From the human T2T-CHM13v2.0 reference genome, Homo sapiens: a stretch of DNA of 64,000 bases. The position numbers and the translations under genes are program-made. The notes below the pieces were generated by a model that was not told where the DNA came from, did no database searches, and saw only the letters and a program-made list of their open reading frames with translations. The stretch lies in NCBI RefSeq assembly GCF_009914755.1, contig NC_060938.1; one strand, 5' to 3'. Shown here piece after piece: positions 39,246 to 54,279 of this stretch; position 1 is the first letter of the stretch, and the number at the start of each line of letters is the position of its first letter.

Positions 39246-42119
39246 CCTGATTTCACAAATTGGCAAGATATACCATGAATTATTTCAGCTGTGTACAGAC
39301 CCTTACAATTTTACTGGCCAGGAAAGAAAAGAAATCAAATAATTTTCTGAGGAAATTAGAAAACAGAAATGAGAGGGCAAACATGGATCGCCTTAGGACT
39401 AGTGGTCAGAGCTATTGGTGAGGAATTGAGCCCAAGTTTCAAAAATAGAATAATTAACAACGTCTTATTTTCGAATAGGAATTCCCCACTGTTTCACCTT
39501 TTACTCTGCATAACTCCAATGCCACAAAGCTCAAGATCTTGAAGATTTTATTTTAAGAAAGATGATAACATAATTAATTGGGTTTTCTATTAGCCAATCA
39601 ATAATGCTGAGGTCAGTCTTTCTAATGCAAGAAAAAGCAAAACACAGAAAATAAAAAGTATTTTAAAAGACTTCATAGTGTAGTGGAAAGAAAAAAGTTA
39701 ACAACAACATCAGCCTCCCAACTCCCCACTCTTCCCACCCCTGTCCTAAATCAATCTTTATTGACTTTAGGGGGTCTGCAGGTCTCTGACTGGGAACCAC
39801 TTCTTTAGATAACTATAGATGTTTTGGAAGCAACAGTTAGGAATTAGTTTTTAAATTATGTTGTACATTGGAGCCATCTTTCTGTGCTGTCTGAAAACTG
39901 AATTCACAGTGACTATCAGTAAGAAAAAGAAATAGGACCTAAATGTTTTCAATACTCTAACTTTCTGTGAAGCTGTTGCCTCATTTTACATCACTAGATA
40001 GCAAACAAACACGAACAAATGCAAGTTACACATTCAAGCACATGCTCTTCTTGGGCTGGATGACATGACTCCATGGACAGGGAAATGAGATGTCAATTTC
40101 CAAAAGCAAATAATATTATTGCTACATTTTAAAGGGAATAACATAAGAAGGTCATCCCAAACAACTTTTATTTCCTAAGTTATCTTCCAATTTACTCTAA
40201 TGTTCCCAGGGTTCATTGCCTTCTTTGTGGATTTTCTTAGCAGCATTGCTAAAACAAATTTGAATTTTAGAGAAAAGATTCAAGCGAAATTCAATTTCTA
40301 TTGCTTGTATTTGGGTAAAATTCTATTTTGACGTTCAGCTTACAGGAAATTTAATTAGATGGTCTTTGCAACTAATATATGAGTTTCACACATCTGTTGG
40401 AAAAATTCAACATGGGAAACAATTATAATAAACAGGTTATATAAAAACAAACACTCTTTACAAGTGTTAGACAAGGATCTAAATTCACACATATATAATT
40501 TCTCAGGAGGGATATAAATTAAATTTCTAAATTTTTAATTTTTTTCTGAAATCATTTGAACTCTATGAAACAAGCAGAGAAACGTTCAATAACGCTTCAC
40601 CATTTGGCCAAGTATGTAGTGCTAATTTTCAAATGCAGTAGCTCAGTGCAGAGCACTGGGTGTGAAAAATTATTATTATGTGACATAATCCTGTCATATT
40701 TTTGCATGGCTTTCTGCACTAGAGTTCCTTATAGTCCAGTAATAATATTGGCCTTTCCCAAGGACCTTCCTGTGATTGTCATCTGCTAATTTTGCTTAGA
40801 TTCTGTGATGACCTACACACATCAACTTCCCCGTAAATATGAGAACTTGGCTCCTACACCTGATTCTACGTTGAGCCTCTCATCAAGCACTGGGTCTTCT
40901 CACCCTAAGCAGCCTATAGCTTCCCTGAAATTCTGTTTTAAAAGATAATCTAAGCAACAGGGCATACTCCATTTCATTTATAATGAACCAAGGAGCTATA
41001 ACCATTAATTCAGTCCTTGCTTCTATCACTAAATAAGAGTCTGTAAGGGATAGGTATTAAAGAAGAAGCTCTTGCCGCTTAAAAACTGGGGCCCTGGTTC
41101 ATATTCTTTCTTGGTTTATGACCCTCACCTATAACTCATGGAAGTTGTAGCCATTTCTAGATGAGGTAGGCTTACGCAATCTAGTGTAGGTAGATTTTTT
41201 TTTTCCTCCAAGACAGAAACGAGATAGCCTGAAGCTGCACAAACTGAGCCACCATATATTTCTCCTATTTCAGCCTAAGTATGAACTTCAGAAACATTCA
41301 TCTTTGAAATGTTTCTCTCTGTGCCTTTTTTGGCTTGCTTCAGCACCTCTCTCTGCTATGTTTCTGCTGGTGTTAGTGTACTGACTACAAAGGAAACGGC
41401 AGTCTATCTCCCCAAACACTTTGGAGCACGAAAAATGTGTCACAGTAAACAAAACATGAGCAGAATATAACAACTTGCTAAGATTCATTATTTTTTCATG
41501 TTTACTCAGCAACGATAGCATGCAAAATTGCAAATGAAATCTATGCAGAATGAGCTTTTACTCAAGAAATACACTTCTGGAGACATCATTGCTCTCCATT
41601 GCATAGGCAACTGAGCACATCTGTTTATAAGAAATGTTACCTTCGGTGAGGGATAATACATCTTGGTTGGAGAGTTTAATACTGAGTGATAGAAGACATA
41701 GGCATCAGCCTTTGTATAACACCAAGTGATGCAGTGCTAGACCTTAGATCATTTTCAAGAACCCTTGGAGGCAGTTGTGTTTCAGGATTCAGTGTTTTGT
41801 TTATTGTTGTTGTTGTTATTTTGGAATTTAAAAACATAGTTGTTACCTATGTAACATATTATATAACACAACAGAGACCACAGGGAAATCTCATGAGTAA
41901 ATACTGTTTCTCCAAGTTTTATATGTGAATATTTACACTAGGTAAGACAAATAAGCCTGTAAATAGCTTCACATCTGTTGTCAATTTTGCCCCAATATTG
42001 CTCCAAAGTTAAGAAAATAAATTATATTACAAAGATTGGTGGATGTGGGAATTATGAATGAGAAGAGATTTTGGATTTGTGATATTAGCACCAGCAGATG
42101 TCATAGGAGCAAGACATCA

Positions 42120-42330
42120 ACTGTCATTTTTATTTTAGAGCATCTACTTCATGCCAATTATGATAAACACTGTATACATAGTGAACAATTCTTAGAAAAT
42201 CTTGCAAGATTTGTATGCCCATTTTACAAATGAGAAAACTAGAATCAGCTCAAGTTTTTACCCAAAGTCAACTAGATCGTGCTTCAAATTGAACCTATCT
42301 TCAATACAGGGTCTTTTACGACTCTAGTAA
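42120..42330 (-). mobile_element. MIR SINE
   Basis: cccattttacaaatgagaaaact...acccaaagtca. Confidence 0.6.
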
Positions 42331-43084
42331 TTTATATATCTCACCATATCCTCCCAGACATAACAATTGCATGTATTAAATGTGTAATAGAGGAGCAGAG
42401 AATAAGCTAGTAACTTTCAAAAAATTTCCAAGAACACTATCTGGCACATCATAGTCACTTATATCTAATGAATACATTAATTAATTGGCTGACATTATTT
42501 TATAATTTAATATTAAATTGTGATATTACTTCCGAGTGTTTTTCATTCATTAGTGCACTTATCATAAATATTACCCATCTGGGCAAAGGCCCTGCCCCTG
42601 CTCTCACGCCTCAGAGGGCCCCATGCTTCAAAGAGCCTGCCTGAAAGCTTTCTAAGTCCCACCTGTGCGGCTGGGACTAGCTTAGGCAACCAGCTGGGAA
42701 GGTGGCTCTAACTCTTAACATAATATTAAATTGTTTTCATTCGAAGTCATTGTGTTTGTTTCATTTATGGACACTTGGTGAAAAACAAGAAGTATGAGGA
42801 ACACCAATGTGGAAAAACAAGTTAATGAAAACTATTTAAAGGAAAAATCATTTAGCATAGGTGCTTCAAGATGATCTTTATCATGCCTGTATTCAAATGG
42901 CTATAATTCTTATCCAGCAAAGCAAAGTGTTTCTAGTATTTAATTTTTCAAAGAAAAAAATGGTGACAATTTAGCATATCAGTTCTTAGGATAAAAAACT
43001 AGTCACATCTGAAATGAATTGGTTAGAGGCCCTATAAAACTGAGGCCCCTCTTTCTAATTTCATGACTTAAAACTGGGTATTTA

Positions 43085-43270
<186 letters not shown>

Positions 43271-43668
43271 TCACCCATTCTTTGCAGTGCGTTATACTTG
43301 ATCAATCATTAGAGAGAAAGGCCTGAACTTTGCATATTCCAAGTTTTAAATATTTCAGAACAGGAAGCAAATAAAGATCTGTGTAACATTTCTTTACGAT
43401 GTTTTTAAATGGAAAGCCCTATTGTTGGAATATATTCCACTTATTTATTATAATTTCTATTGCCTCCAAATGAAGATCTGTATATTTGCATTAGTCCATT
43501 CTTGCACTCCTATAAAGAAATACCTGAGACTGTGTGATTTGTAAAGAAAAGAAGTGTAATTGGCTCATGGTCCTGCAGGCTGTACAGGAAGCACAGTGGC
43601 TTCTATGGAGGCCTCAGGAAACTTTCAGTCATGGCGGAAGACAAAAGGGAAACAGGTATGTCTTACAT

Positions 43669-44159
43669 CAGCGGTCTCCAACCTTTCTGGCACCAGGGTC
43701 TTGTTTTACGGAAGACAATTTTTCCATAGACCGGAGTAGGGGAATGGTTTCGGGATGATTCGAGCGCATTACATTCATTGTGCACTTTATTTCTATTATT
43801 ACTGCATTATAATATATAATGAAATAATTATACAATTCACCATAATGTAGAATCAGTGGGAGCCCTGAGCTTGTTTTCCTGCAACTAGACAGTTCCGTCT
43901 GGGGGAGGTGGAAAACAGTGACATATCATCAGGCGTTAGAGTCTCATAAAGAGTGCACAACCCGGACCGCTCACATGCGCAGTTCACAACAGTGTTTGCA
44001 CTCCTATGAGAATCTAATGCCCTCGCTGATCTGACGGGAGGCAGAGCTCAGGTGGTAATGTGAGAAATAGGAAGCTGCTGTAAATATAAATAAAACTTCA
44101 CTTACTTGCCGGCCGCTCACCTCGATACTGGTTTGTGGCCTGGGGGTTGGGGACCCCTG
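43669..44159. mobile_element. MER1A hAT-Charlie DNA transposon
   Basis: TIRs cagcggtctccaacc / ggttggggacccctg; perfect 8-bp TSD tcttacat at 43661-43668 and 44160-44167. Confidence 0.92.
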
Positions 44160-44212
44160 TCTTACATGGCAAAAGCAGGAAGCAGAGAGAGGAGGGGAAA
44201 GTGCCACACATC

Positions 44213-44497
44213 TTTTTTTTTTTTTTTTTGAGACGGAGTTTTGCTCTGTCGCCCAGGCTGGAGTGTCTGGGCTAACTGCAACCTCCGGCTCCCGGGTTCA
44301 AGTGATTCTCCTGCCTCAGCCTCCCGAGTAGCTGGGACTACAAGCACGCGCCACCATGCCCCGCTAATTTTTGTATTTTTAGGAGAGACGGGGTTTCATT
44401 ATGTTGGCCAGGATGGTCTTGATCTCCTGACCCCGTGATCCGCCCGCCTCGTCCTCCCAAAGTGCTGGGATTACAGGCGTAAGCCACCGAGCTGGAC
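44213..44497 (-). mobile_element. AluS (Sc-like) nested in MST LTR
   Basis: poly-T plus reverse Alu; ttggccaggatggtcttgatctcctgac; cacaca on both sides. Confidence 0.92.
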
Positions 44498-44979
44498 TCA
44501 CACACTACTAAACAACCAGATCTCGGGAGAACTCCCCCACTGTCACGAGAACAGCACCAAAGGGATGGTACTAAACCATTCATGGAAAACCTGCCCCCAT
44601 GATCCAATCACCTCCCACACCAGGGCCCTTCTCCAACACTGGGGATTACAATTTGGCTTGAGATTTGGGTAGGTACACAGACACAAATTATATCAATATT
44701 CAAGCCCGGGGGTTTGTTTATACGGGAGATATGGATGCCATTTTTGATGGATGCTATTCCAGAGGATGCCAGAACACGGCACTAATATACTTCTCCATGC
44801 AAGTACCAACCAACACTTAAACCACTTTGAAATTATGTCAGAGAGGCCTAACCATTCTAAGAAGAGACTAAAGCTCAGGAACTGGCCACATTCTAGAACC
44901 TCCAAGGCTGAATATTGCCACTGTGGGATACAGGGTGCCATCTTCTGTATGTGATGCTTGAGAGCTGATTATGCCCTCT

Positions 44980-45110
44980 GGTTAGTCTCCTTATCTCAGC
45001 ATAATAATACAGGCCTTGAAAAATTGTTATGTGCATTAAATGAGATAATATATATTAGGTATCTAGCACAGTTTCTGGCACAGGTTATAAGGTAAAAAAG
45101 GTAAATAAAC
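44980..45110 (+). mobile_element. MIR SINE
   Basis: ttgttatgtgcattaaatgagataata...tagcacagtttctggcaca. Confidence 0.65.
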
Positions 45111-45982
45111 AAATAAATAAGCATGGATTATTAGAAGAGAAACTTGGAAGCCAGAAGCAAATTTTTCAACAAAGGCCATTTGACAAGGCAGTAAGGAAAT
45201 CAGAATTGGAATAAACATATTTTCCCATCTGAGTCTTTTTACAGTAGCATTTGTTTAATGCCATAGTGTAAACACTATCATAGAATGGGCCAGAATCAGA
45301 GCATGGATGTCGGGTTGATCTTGATAAAACTAGAAGCTTCACCAAAGTGGAAACTAAGGCTCAGAGAAGCTAATATAATTGTTAAGGACACATTGATGGG
45401 TTGTGAAATTCAGAACACTTAAAAGAATGTACAACCAAGAGAGTTTAATTTTTTCAAATGACACACACTTCTTTTTTGCTCCAACCATTCTTCAAATCCT
45501 CACTAATGAAAAATTAACGAATCAACTTTCAGAATATCTAAATTATCAGAAGCATTTTATTTAGCAAACTAAAAAGTTAGTTTGACTTTTGGTTATTTTG
45601 AATTATAAATTATCTCAAACATACAGACAAAAATAGAGAATAATGTGGATACCAGAGAATTCATAACCCTGTGAACATAGATCTTAATGTTTTGCCACTT
45701 TTGCTTCATATTTATTTTTTATGAGTAAAACATCATAGATACAATTGGAGTTGCTATGTGATTCATCTCCAATACTCTCTCTTCTGTCCCACTCCCCAGA
45801 AAAAAACCACCTCCTCTGATCCTAAATGGACATTTATATAATTCCGTACATCTCCCAGAAAGTACAGCATCTCCCACACATCTTTATTTCCTCAGCCTCC
45901 GTCTCCTGTAAGAAGACTTCAGCTGCATCTTCTACTTCTTTTTTGACACCAATCTGAGGGTTATTTTCTTTTAATTTATAAG

Positions 45983-46340
45983 TGTATTAGTCGGTTTTCA
46001 CACTGCTGATAAAGACATACCTGATTTACAAAAGAAAGAGGATTAATTGGACTTACAGTTCCACGTGGCTGGGGAAGCTTCACTATCATGGTGGAAGGCA
46101 AGGAAGAGCAAGTCCTGTCTTACATGGATAGCAGCAGACAAAGAGAGAGCTTGTGCAGGGAACTCCTCTTTTTAAAACCATCAGATCTCATGAGACTTAT
46201 TCAATATCAGGAGAACAGCATGGGAAAAAGTTGCCCCCATGATTCAATTACCTCCCACCGGGTCCCTCCCACAACACATGGGAATTCAAGATGAGATTTG
46301 GGTGGGGATAAAGATTTGATATGGGAGCCAAACCATATCG
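45983..46340 (-). mobile_element. THE1B-like MaLR solo LTR
   Basis: tgtattagtcggttttcacactgctgataaagacatacc...ccaaaccatatcg; 5-bp TSD ataag at 45978-45982 and 46341-46345. Confidence 0.93.
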
Positions 46341-47094
46341 ATAAGTAGATATGTTTCTATTTATGGTGCTTTTGGGTATGTTTCACTTAAATCTAGCACC
46401 TTCTTTGTTTGCTTACCCTTTTCTTCTTTTAAGATAACATTTCTTTTAATACAGTTCTCTATCCCTCCAACCATTGTTTTTTTTTTTCATTTCCTGGTTG
46501 GGAAGCTATAAAATACATTCCCTTTCTTTGGTGCTGCCAATAATATTCTTTAAAACATATTTATATATTAAATATTCACCCAAAACATCCCAACGTATTC
46601 ACTATTTTTATCTTCCTCCCAAATATGACATGGACATCGGGATGATTTAATTACTCATACAGTCCCACTTTTCCACTAGCACTGGTTCTGTTTTGGTTTG
46701 GTTTTTGGTGCTTTAGCTCTGTCTTTCGGTTTGTTAGGTTGGTTGGTTTTGTTTTTTTGGTAAAAGAATTTATTGCAATGTTTTAAATTATTAAATATAT
46801 TTACCAACTTTTTAAAGAAACACTGCACTTAATTTTTTGATATCCTAAGGCTTTCCTCTGGGCTGGGTTTTGCTGATGGACATTTTTCATTAGCTTTTAG
46901 TAAGGTAAGTGAGTGATATCCCCTCTTAGTTCTGTACCTCTAAAATTGTCTGTATTTCATGCTCTCTTAAATCAGCACTTGACTGTGTATAAAATTATTT
47001 CTAGGTTACTAGGCTATTTTTGTCAGTATTTTGAAGATTTTACCCCACTGTCTTTATGCATGTATAATTACTCAACATTACATAATTTCACTAT

Positions 47095-47790
<696 letters not shown>

Positions 47791-47802
47791 TTCTTTTCAC
47801 AT

Positions 47803-48198
47803 TGTATTAGTCTAGTTTCACACTGCTATACAGAACTGCTCAAGACTGGGTAATTTATAAAGAAAAGAGGCTTAATTGACTCACAGTTCCACATTGCTGA
47901 GTAGGCCTCAGGAAACTTACAATCATGATGGATGGTGAAGGGGAAGCAGGGAAGCAAGGACCTTCCTCATATTGTGACAGGAGAGAGAAGAATGAAAGAG
48001 GAACTTCCAAACACTTATAAAACCATTAGACCTCCTGAGAACTCACTCACTATCACAAGAACAGCATGGGGGAAACTGCCCCCATGATTCAATCACTTTC
48101 CTCCCTTGACTCATGGGAATTGCAAGTCCCTCCCTCAATGCATGGGAATTACAATTTGAGATGAGATTTGGGTGGGGACACAAAGCCAAACCGTATCA
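47803..48198 (-). mobile_element. THE1D/MSTA-like MaLR solo LTR
   Basis: tgtattagtctagtttcacactgctata...ggcctcaggaaacttacaatcatg...gagatttgggtggggacacaaagccaaaccgtatca. Confidence 0.88.
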
Positions 48199-50274
48199 GA
48201 AATTGTATGTCTTTTATCTACTTTTATGAGTATATAGTAGTATCTCATTGTGTGTTTAATTTGGTTTTAGTGGAGGAATTTTTTAAGAAGGAAGTAGTGC
48301 AGCATGTTGAATTCTGATTGAAATAGTTCAGTAGAAGAGGAAATTTTGATGATACAAAGAAGGCCCCTACCAGAGAGTTGTCCTGGGGAAGAGGAGATAC
48401 AATCTGATGTACAAATTGAGAGGTTAACTCTGGAGTACTGATGGTTCCTTCTCTGTAAAACGAAATAAGTCAGAATATTTGAGTACAGATCAAGATAAGG
48501 TGATAGATTTTGTGATGGATATAGGTTAACTTCTTTTCTGATGAATTATATTTTCTTAGCAAACTAAGAAGCAAACTTATCAATTAATTGCAGGTGAGGA
48601 AAGGAGTCTCAAATTGTAGTCTTAGGGTGATGAATGGTATGAAATGGTTGTCTTTGAGAATACACATGCCACGGTCGATGTTAGATACTCAAGACTTGAG
48701 TCCAGAGAGGTCACTATAATGTGTTAGTAGGTGATTTATTATTTATCTTGCCTAGAACTCAGAATATTTAAATTGGCCTTCAAATCTGAAAATACATAGT
48801 TTTTGTATTGTGAAGTATTGATTCTTGGCTATTGAGTCCACCATTATTCTTCTAGAAATCCAATTAGCTATAATTTAGAGATTCCCAGTCTAAGAGTTTT
48901 GTTCCTTTCTACTCTTAATGTATTTTATTTATATCTTGCCTATACTCTGGATGAATTCTTTAGCAATAACTTCCAATTTACATAGTGAATTGAAAGTATG
49001 TGAAGATAAGAGTTTATGCTAGTATTAAGTTTTTAAAAAATTTAAATGACTATATATTTCCAAGATTTATATTTTGTTTTTCACAACTATTTTTCTAGTT
49101 TTATATTTACTGAAATTAATTTTATTATTATATTGTAAAAGTCATTCCCGCATTTATTTTCTTGAACGTCCTGAACAGTGTTTGTCAGATTGCTATATAA
49201 TGTTACTCTCATAAGCAGTGAGTTCAAATTCTAATTGTTTTTATTAAAATTTTATTTCTGTTTTTGCTGTTCTTGGCTTTTGTGCTTTGCATTGGATTTT
49301 TATTATGCCTTTTATTTACTTTTTTTCTCTCCTTTCTCTGCTTTGAATCTCTTCCATGTCTGGACCTAGATTTTATGAGGACGTGGTAAAGCTACTGCCT
49401 CTCGGAAATACACAGATATCAAAGATGCAATAGGTAAGCCAGGAGTAGGTTGATTCAGGACCTAGCTGTGCTTGTGTCTTCGCCATCCCAATGTTTTAGG
49501 CTAGAGCTTCCTAGAGAGCAATATCTAGAAACCACAAGCCATCAGCAGTTCCTTTTCTTGGGGTTCTTTAATATCAGAGGGGGAAATCATCCCATACCAT
49601 CTTTCAGGTTCAAGAGGTAAATGGAAATCTGGTCCTATCTTAAGAGGAAAATTTTAAATTCTTTTGAAAACACAGCAGCGGATTATCTGTCATGATTACC
49701 TGCTTCCAGCCCCAGGAACCAGCTTCCCAGGATTTCCACCATTTATACTCCTGCTTTGTGTCTGAGCCACAGAGCTGTTTAACACATTTTCAAGTCTCCC
49801 TGTGAGTTTTTCGGATCTCTGTATTTTCCTATTGGTTCTCTGTGTTTAGAGCAGAAGAGCACATCAAATTGTAAAACCTACTTCACCAACTTGACTTAAA
49901 GTCAATATTTTTAATATGCTCACAGTTACCAGAACAGAAAAATGATGAAAAAACAAGTCCCATCAGAATTTTTTCTTTAAAAAAATAGCTCTAGGAAAAC
50001 ACATTCAGGCCAATTTCTAGACCTTTACCATTTAACAGTCTGTGCTTATTTTGCCTGTCTGTGAAGTTTGTAAATGATGTTATTTATTTATCCATTCATT
50101 TAGTCATGAAAAAAGTAATTACTGAGAACATATTACTTGTGCTTGGCTAGGTGCTTGTGATGCAGTGACAAACAAAGACACACCAGCCCTACCCTCCAAT
50201 AGAATAGATGCATAGCTAAACAGGGGTCATGACACAAACAAAACATATGAATATGATAATTATTTCAACAGTAG

Positions 50275-50535
50275 TATTGAAACAATAGCTAACACATATT
50301 TTGATTGTTACATTTTAGGCTCATTATGCATACAAGCACACCCACTCAGTCATATTTATGCGTATGTAATTCAATCTTTACAACAACCGCATAATTAAAG
50401 CACTATTATTATCTCTATTTCATGAATTAACAAACTGAGGCAGAGAGGTTAAGGAAGTTGTAAGGTCACACAGCTAATAAATGGCAGAGCAGGAATACAA
50501 TCCTAGGCAGACAGGCTTCAGATTCTAACCCCTAC
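50275..50535 (-). mobile_element. MIR SINE
   Basis: aatctttacaacaacc...cactattattatctctattt...aaactgaggcagagaggttaag...aaggtcacacagctaataaatggcagagc. Confidence 0.8.
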
Positions 50536-50679
50536 TCTCTGTCTCTGGTATGAGAGTATGTATTCAGTCCTAAACATCTGTGGATTTCCTGTGTGCTGGA
50601 AAGCATACCAGGTATAAGTCATCATGATTCATAGGGAACTGAGCTTCCCCCACTCAGGAGGCTCTACTGCCTATCTCTC

Positions 50680-51297
50680 TGAATTAGTTTGCTATTATTG
50701 CTGTACAAATTACCTTTATTTAGCAGCTTAAAACAACACAAATGTGTTATTTTACAGTTCTGTAGGTCAGAGGTTCGGTAGGCTTGGCTGGTTCCCAAGC
50801 TCCAAGGTTCTCAAGGTGTCAGCCGGCTGGGCTCTTATCAAGAGGCTCTGGGAAGAATCTGCTTCCAGGCACGTTCATATTGGTGGCAGAATCCAGTTCC
50901 ATGCGATGTAAACGTGAGATCCACATTTCCTTACTGGCTGTGATTGGAGATTTCCTTCAGCTGCCAGAGGTGCCCACACACTCCGACTCATGGTCTCTTC
51001 CTCCATCTTTAAAGTCAATCACAGCGGGGCAATTGCTTCTCTTGCTTTGAATCTCTCCTTTCTTCTTTCCTCAGTCTCCATCTTCAGCCGCATTTCTTAG
51101 ATTGTTGTCTTCTTCTTCCTTGCTGTTACACTGGACCAACTCAGATAATCCCAGATAGTCCCTCTATTTTAAAGTCAATTTATTAGTGATCAGAAACATT
51201 AATTCTATCTTCAAAGCCCGTTTATAACATTAAATTAATATTTGCTTGAATAATCAGTGGACAGGCATTTTAGGACACCCTTTTTGAGCACTGCCAC
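50680..51297 (-). mobile_element. MLT1E/F-type MaLR LTR
   Basis: gcagcttaaaacaacacaaatg...cagttctgtaggtcagag...aggctctgggaagaatctgcttcca...gcagaatccagttcc. Confidence 0.8.
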
Positions 51298-54279
51298 TGT
51301 ATACCAATATCTTCTCAGACAGTACTGCTTGGCTCCTAGCAGAAGCAAGCATTCTGTAAATACAGGCAAGGGGAGATAAGTAGGGTACACTACCAGAGCA
51401 TAAAGAACTGAATACACAGGAATAAAGCATAGGTAACTAAGTAACAAGGGAGGGCCAGAGATGTCCCGAGAAATGGGAAGGCAGCATCCATGTAACTGAA
51501 GGGAATGTTCAGAGGTGAGAGGGTATAGAAACTTTTAAACTGGAGAGATCAAAGTCACCACTGCTAAATGGAATCCACCATTTTGTCCTCGGCAGATCAT
51601 AATCAGGACCATTCTATCAACCACTATCAGACTTTCTGAAGAAATTGAGCATCACCACATTTTCCTTCTTGCACCCCTTTTTACTCTCAAAAGAGTCCCT
51701 ATTTGGGCAATAAATTACATGGTCACCACTACCCATTCACCAAGTCAGGGCAGTGGCCCCTTGAAGAATGTCAGAAGGTCAGCCTCCTATCTCACAGTGA
51801 TTGGAAATATAACCTGCAAGAAAGGAAAAGAAACTATGCTTTTCTAGGTCTTGTCTCCCATTTACCACAGCTTACTTTTCACCTTCTTTACAAAACCCTC
51901 GAACATAGCCCCCTCACTGTTCACCTGCTCCTGACATGCGATTTGAGCCCTTGCAATTTTTCCCATTGTATCTTGATGGCTGTTCCATTTTCAGACTCTT
52001 ACATTCACCTGCCACACACATATTGATATTTCATTATTTTCTCTACACTTTGAGATTATGGGTTTCTCTTTCATCTTGGTTGTGAATTAATATACCCTTC
52101 AAAGCTTCAGGGAAGCTGAACTCCAGTTAGCCCTCATTTCAGAGTTAGTTAGAGCTGTTCACTGATCCCTTGTCTTGGTCTCACCCTGCTTTTCATGGTC
52201 ATTTTATGCTTTCAAGGCTGGCCCGTCCCCTCTCCATTCTTAGGCTGTTAAACTCCATTATTTTGTGATCAATTGCACTTCAATTCCGTCAGCTTTCAGT
52301 GTCAGATTTTAAATGGTCATACTTCACATCTCTTGTCTCCTTCGTACAAATTTTGCCTTTGACTGAGTTTGTGGTTATCTCACCTGCTTCTAATTTAGTT
52401 TAATTGGATTTCTGAGTGATAGCTACAAAATGCTTTAATTTTGGTAAATGTGCCCATAAGAACCTGAACATTTGTGCTAGAGCAGGAGAAAATTATCAAT
52501 AGATGTTCAAGCCTTAAGCAGAATTCTGTGATGGGGCAGGAGGCAAGGGAGCTCATTCTACCTTGGGCAAGCCCCAAGTGAAGTCATTGTGATGGGCATG
52601 TATCTGTCCTCAAAAGGGACAAACCCACCACAGTTTCCTGAGCACATAGAATGCCCCTCTATCTTTCCCTCTATTTCCATAGTAAATAATCTGTTGGCCA
52701 ATTAGGGAAACCCATTTTTGAAACTGTTTATATGATATGCCAGTGGTGTCTAGAGTATCAGTTGTACCAACAAAATTATTTCTCCCTGCCTAGTGTGGAT
52801 CTGCTAAGGTTGCAGATATGTATGCTTAACTACATGGATCCCTCCGAGGGACTATGAACCATTAAAGGAGAAGAAGCTACCTCTAAAATATAGGTTTTCT
52901 ATCAGCCCAGTGCTCAGATATCCAGCTATGCCTTTATTCATTTCTTGTAACAGATTAAAATCCAACACTGTTCAAAACAATATGTCTATCTGGTTGAGAA
53001 CCATTGTTCTATAGTACTTATTTCCAATTGTTTTTATTTTGCATTTGTTTAAACAACTAGCACTCACCCACATCATCTTTGGATACGTCAGGATCCAAAT
53101 AGGAAAATAGAAATCACTACAGGTATTTCAAACAGAGAAGATTAAGTACAGGGTTTGGTTATGGCTATGGGTAGAGTACTTCCAGTAGAATGGGTTTGGG
53201 GTAATCTGGAGCTGCACCCACTCAATCTCCCTCTTCCTTCTCTGAACATCCCATAGGAAACTATTTGAACCCCAGGGTGAGAAGAACCCAGTTTGAATAT
53301 CTCCCTCTAATGGTTCTGTTTTTCTCATGTCATGAACAGAGGATTTAAGCATTTATTATTTAAGGGCAAAGAAGAGATATGGTCAGTTTTCCTTACCCAA
53401 ATAAAGATTTATTATAAAGATATAAGAGATTCGGATAAAAGCTTTGGATTCTAGCATGGTTCCTGGTGTATAGCAGACACTTGAAAACTATATTTGAATG
53501 GATAAAAGCCACCCTTGTAAAGTACGTAGTAACTCTGAAGCTCAGATGTTCTAATATTGAAAGCACAGAGGGCATCAGGACAAATCGGAATAGCAGCTCC
53601 ATGATGTTTGTGTGCAGATTGGGCCCAAGGGCCGCTTAGTTTTTAAAAGAGAGTATTTGAAGGGGTTCAGCTGTTCTGATACTGTGTCAATCTCTTGCTG
53701 CACAAAATCTGCCAAACCTGAAGGAGATGGTTCTTTTTCTACTCCAGGCCATTCTGGTTTACACTGACTCAGGCAACGACCTCAGAGTAAATCGGTAAAA
53801 CTCAGGATTAAGTGACTCAGTTATCCTTGTGCTGTGTGGCAAAACCTGTAATAACCTCATGCAAAAAGACCCACTTGGGTCAGTTTTCATCAGAGAGCAG
53901 GAGCTTGGCATTCAGATTGTCATGAATTCCTGTCCATATTAGGATGGGCAGTTTTCCGGTGATTAACTTGGTGACACAGCAATAGTTTGTAATCATCACA
54001 CCAAACCAAAGCTTTAGTACCTACTTTTCTATTATTTCATGGAGTTGTAAACCTTGGCTAAACTGTCCCTCTCCTATGTTCCTGTAGCATCTGTGCCAGA
54101 CACTTATCAACTCCCATATATCGAATTGAAAGTATCTGTCGTGGTGCCCGTCTGTAAGTAGGCCACCAGTTCATAGATGGCTGGAAGCGGCTTATTCAGT
54201 TTTGTATCCCTGGGACAAAGTCTGTGTCTGACTGGCTTCTCTTGAACTAAAATCAGCCTCTGGCCTTATATTAATTGGC

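Larger units (their letters stand above)
43487..44695 (-). mobile_element. MST (MSTA/B-like) MaLR solo LTR with two nested insertions
   Basis: tgcattagtccattc...ttatatca termini; 5-bp TSD atatt at 43482-43486 and 44696-44700. Confidence 0.9.

Noticed and set aside
38823-39278. 151-aa ORF
   Set aside because: Lies within an LTR33-like element; no recognisable domain
42575-43055. GC-rich ggccc patches suggesting a promoter
   Set aside because: Too few CpGs for an island; more likely an hAT-Tip100-type relic that I could not assign confidently
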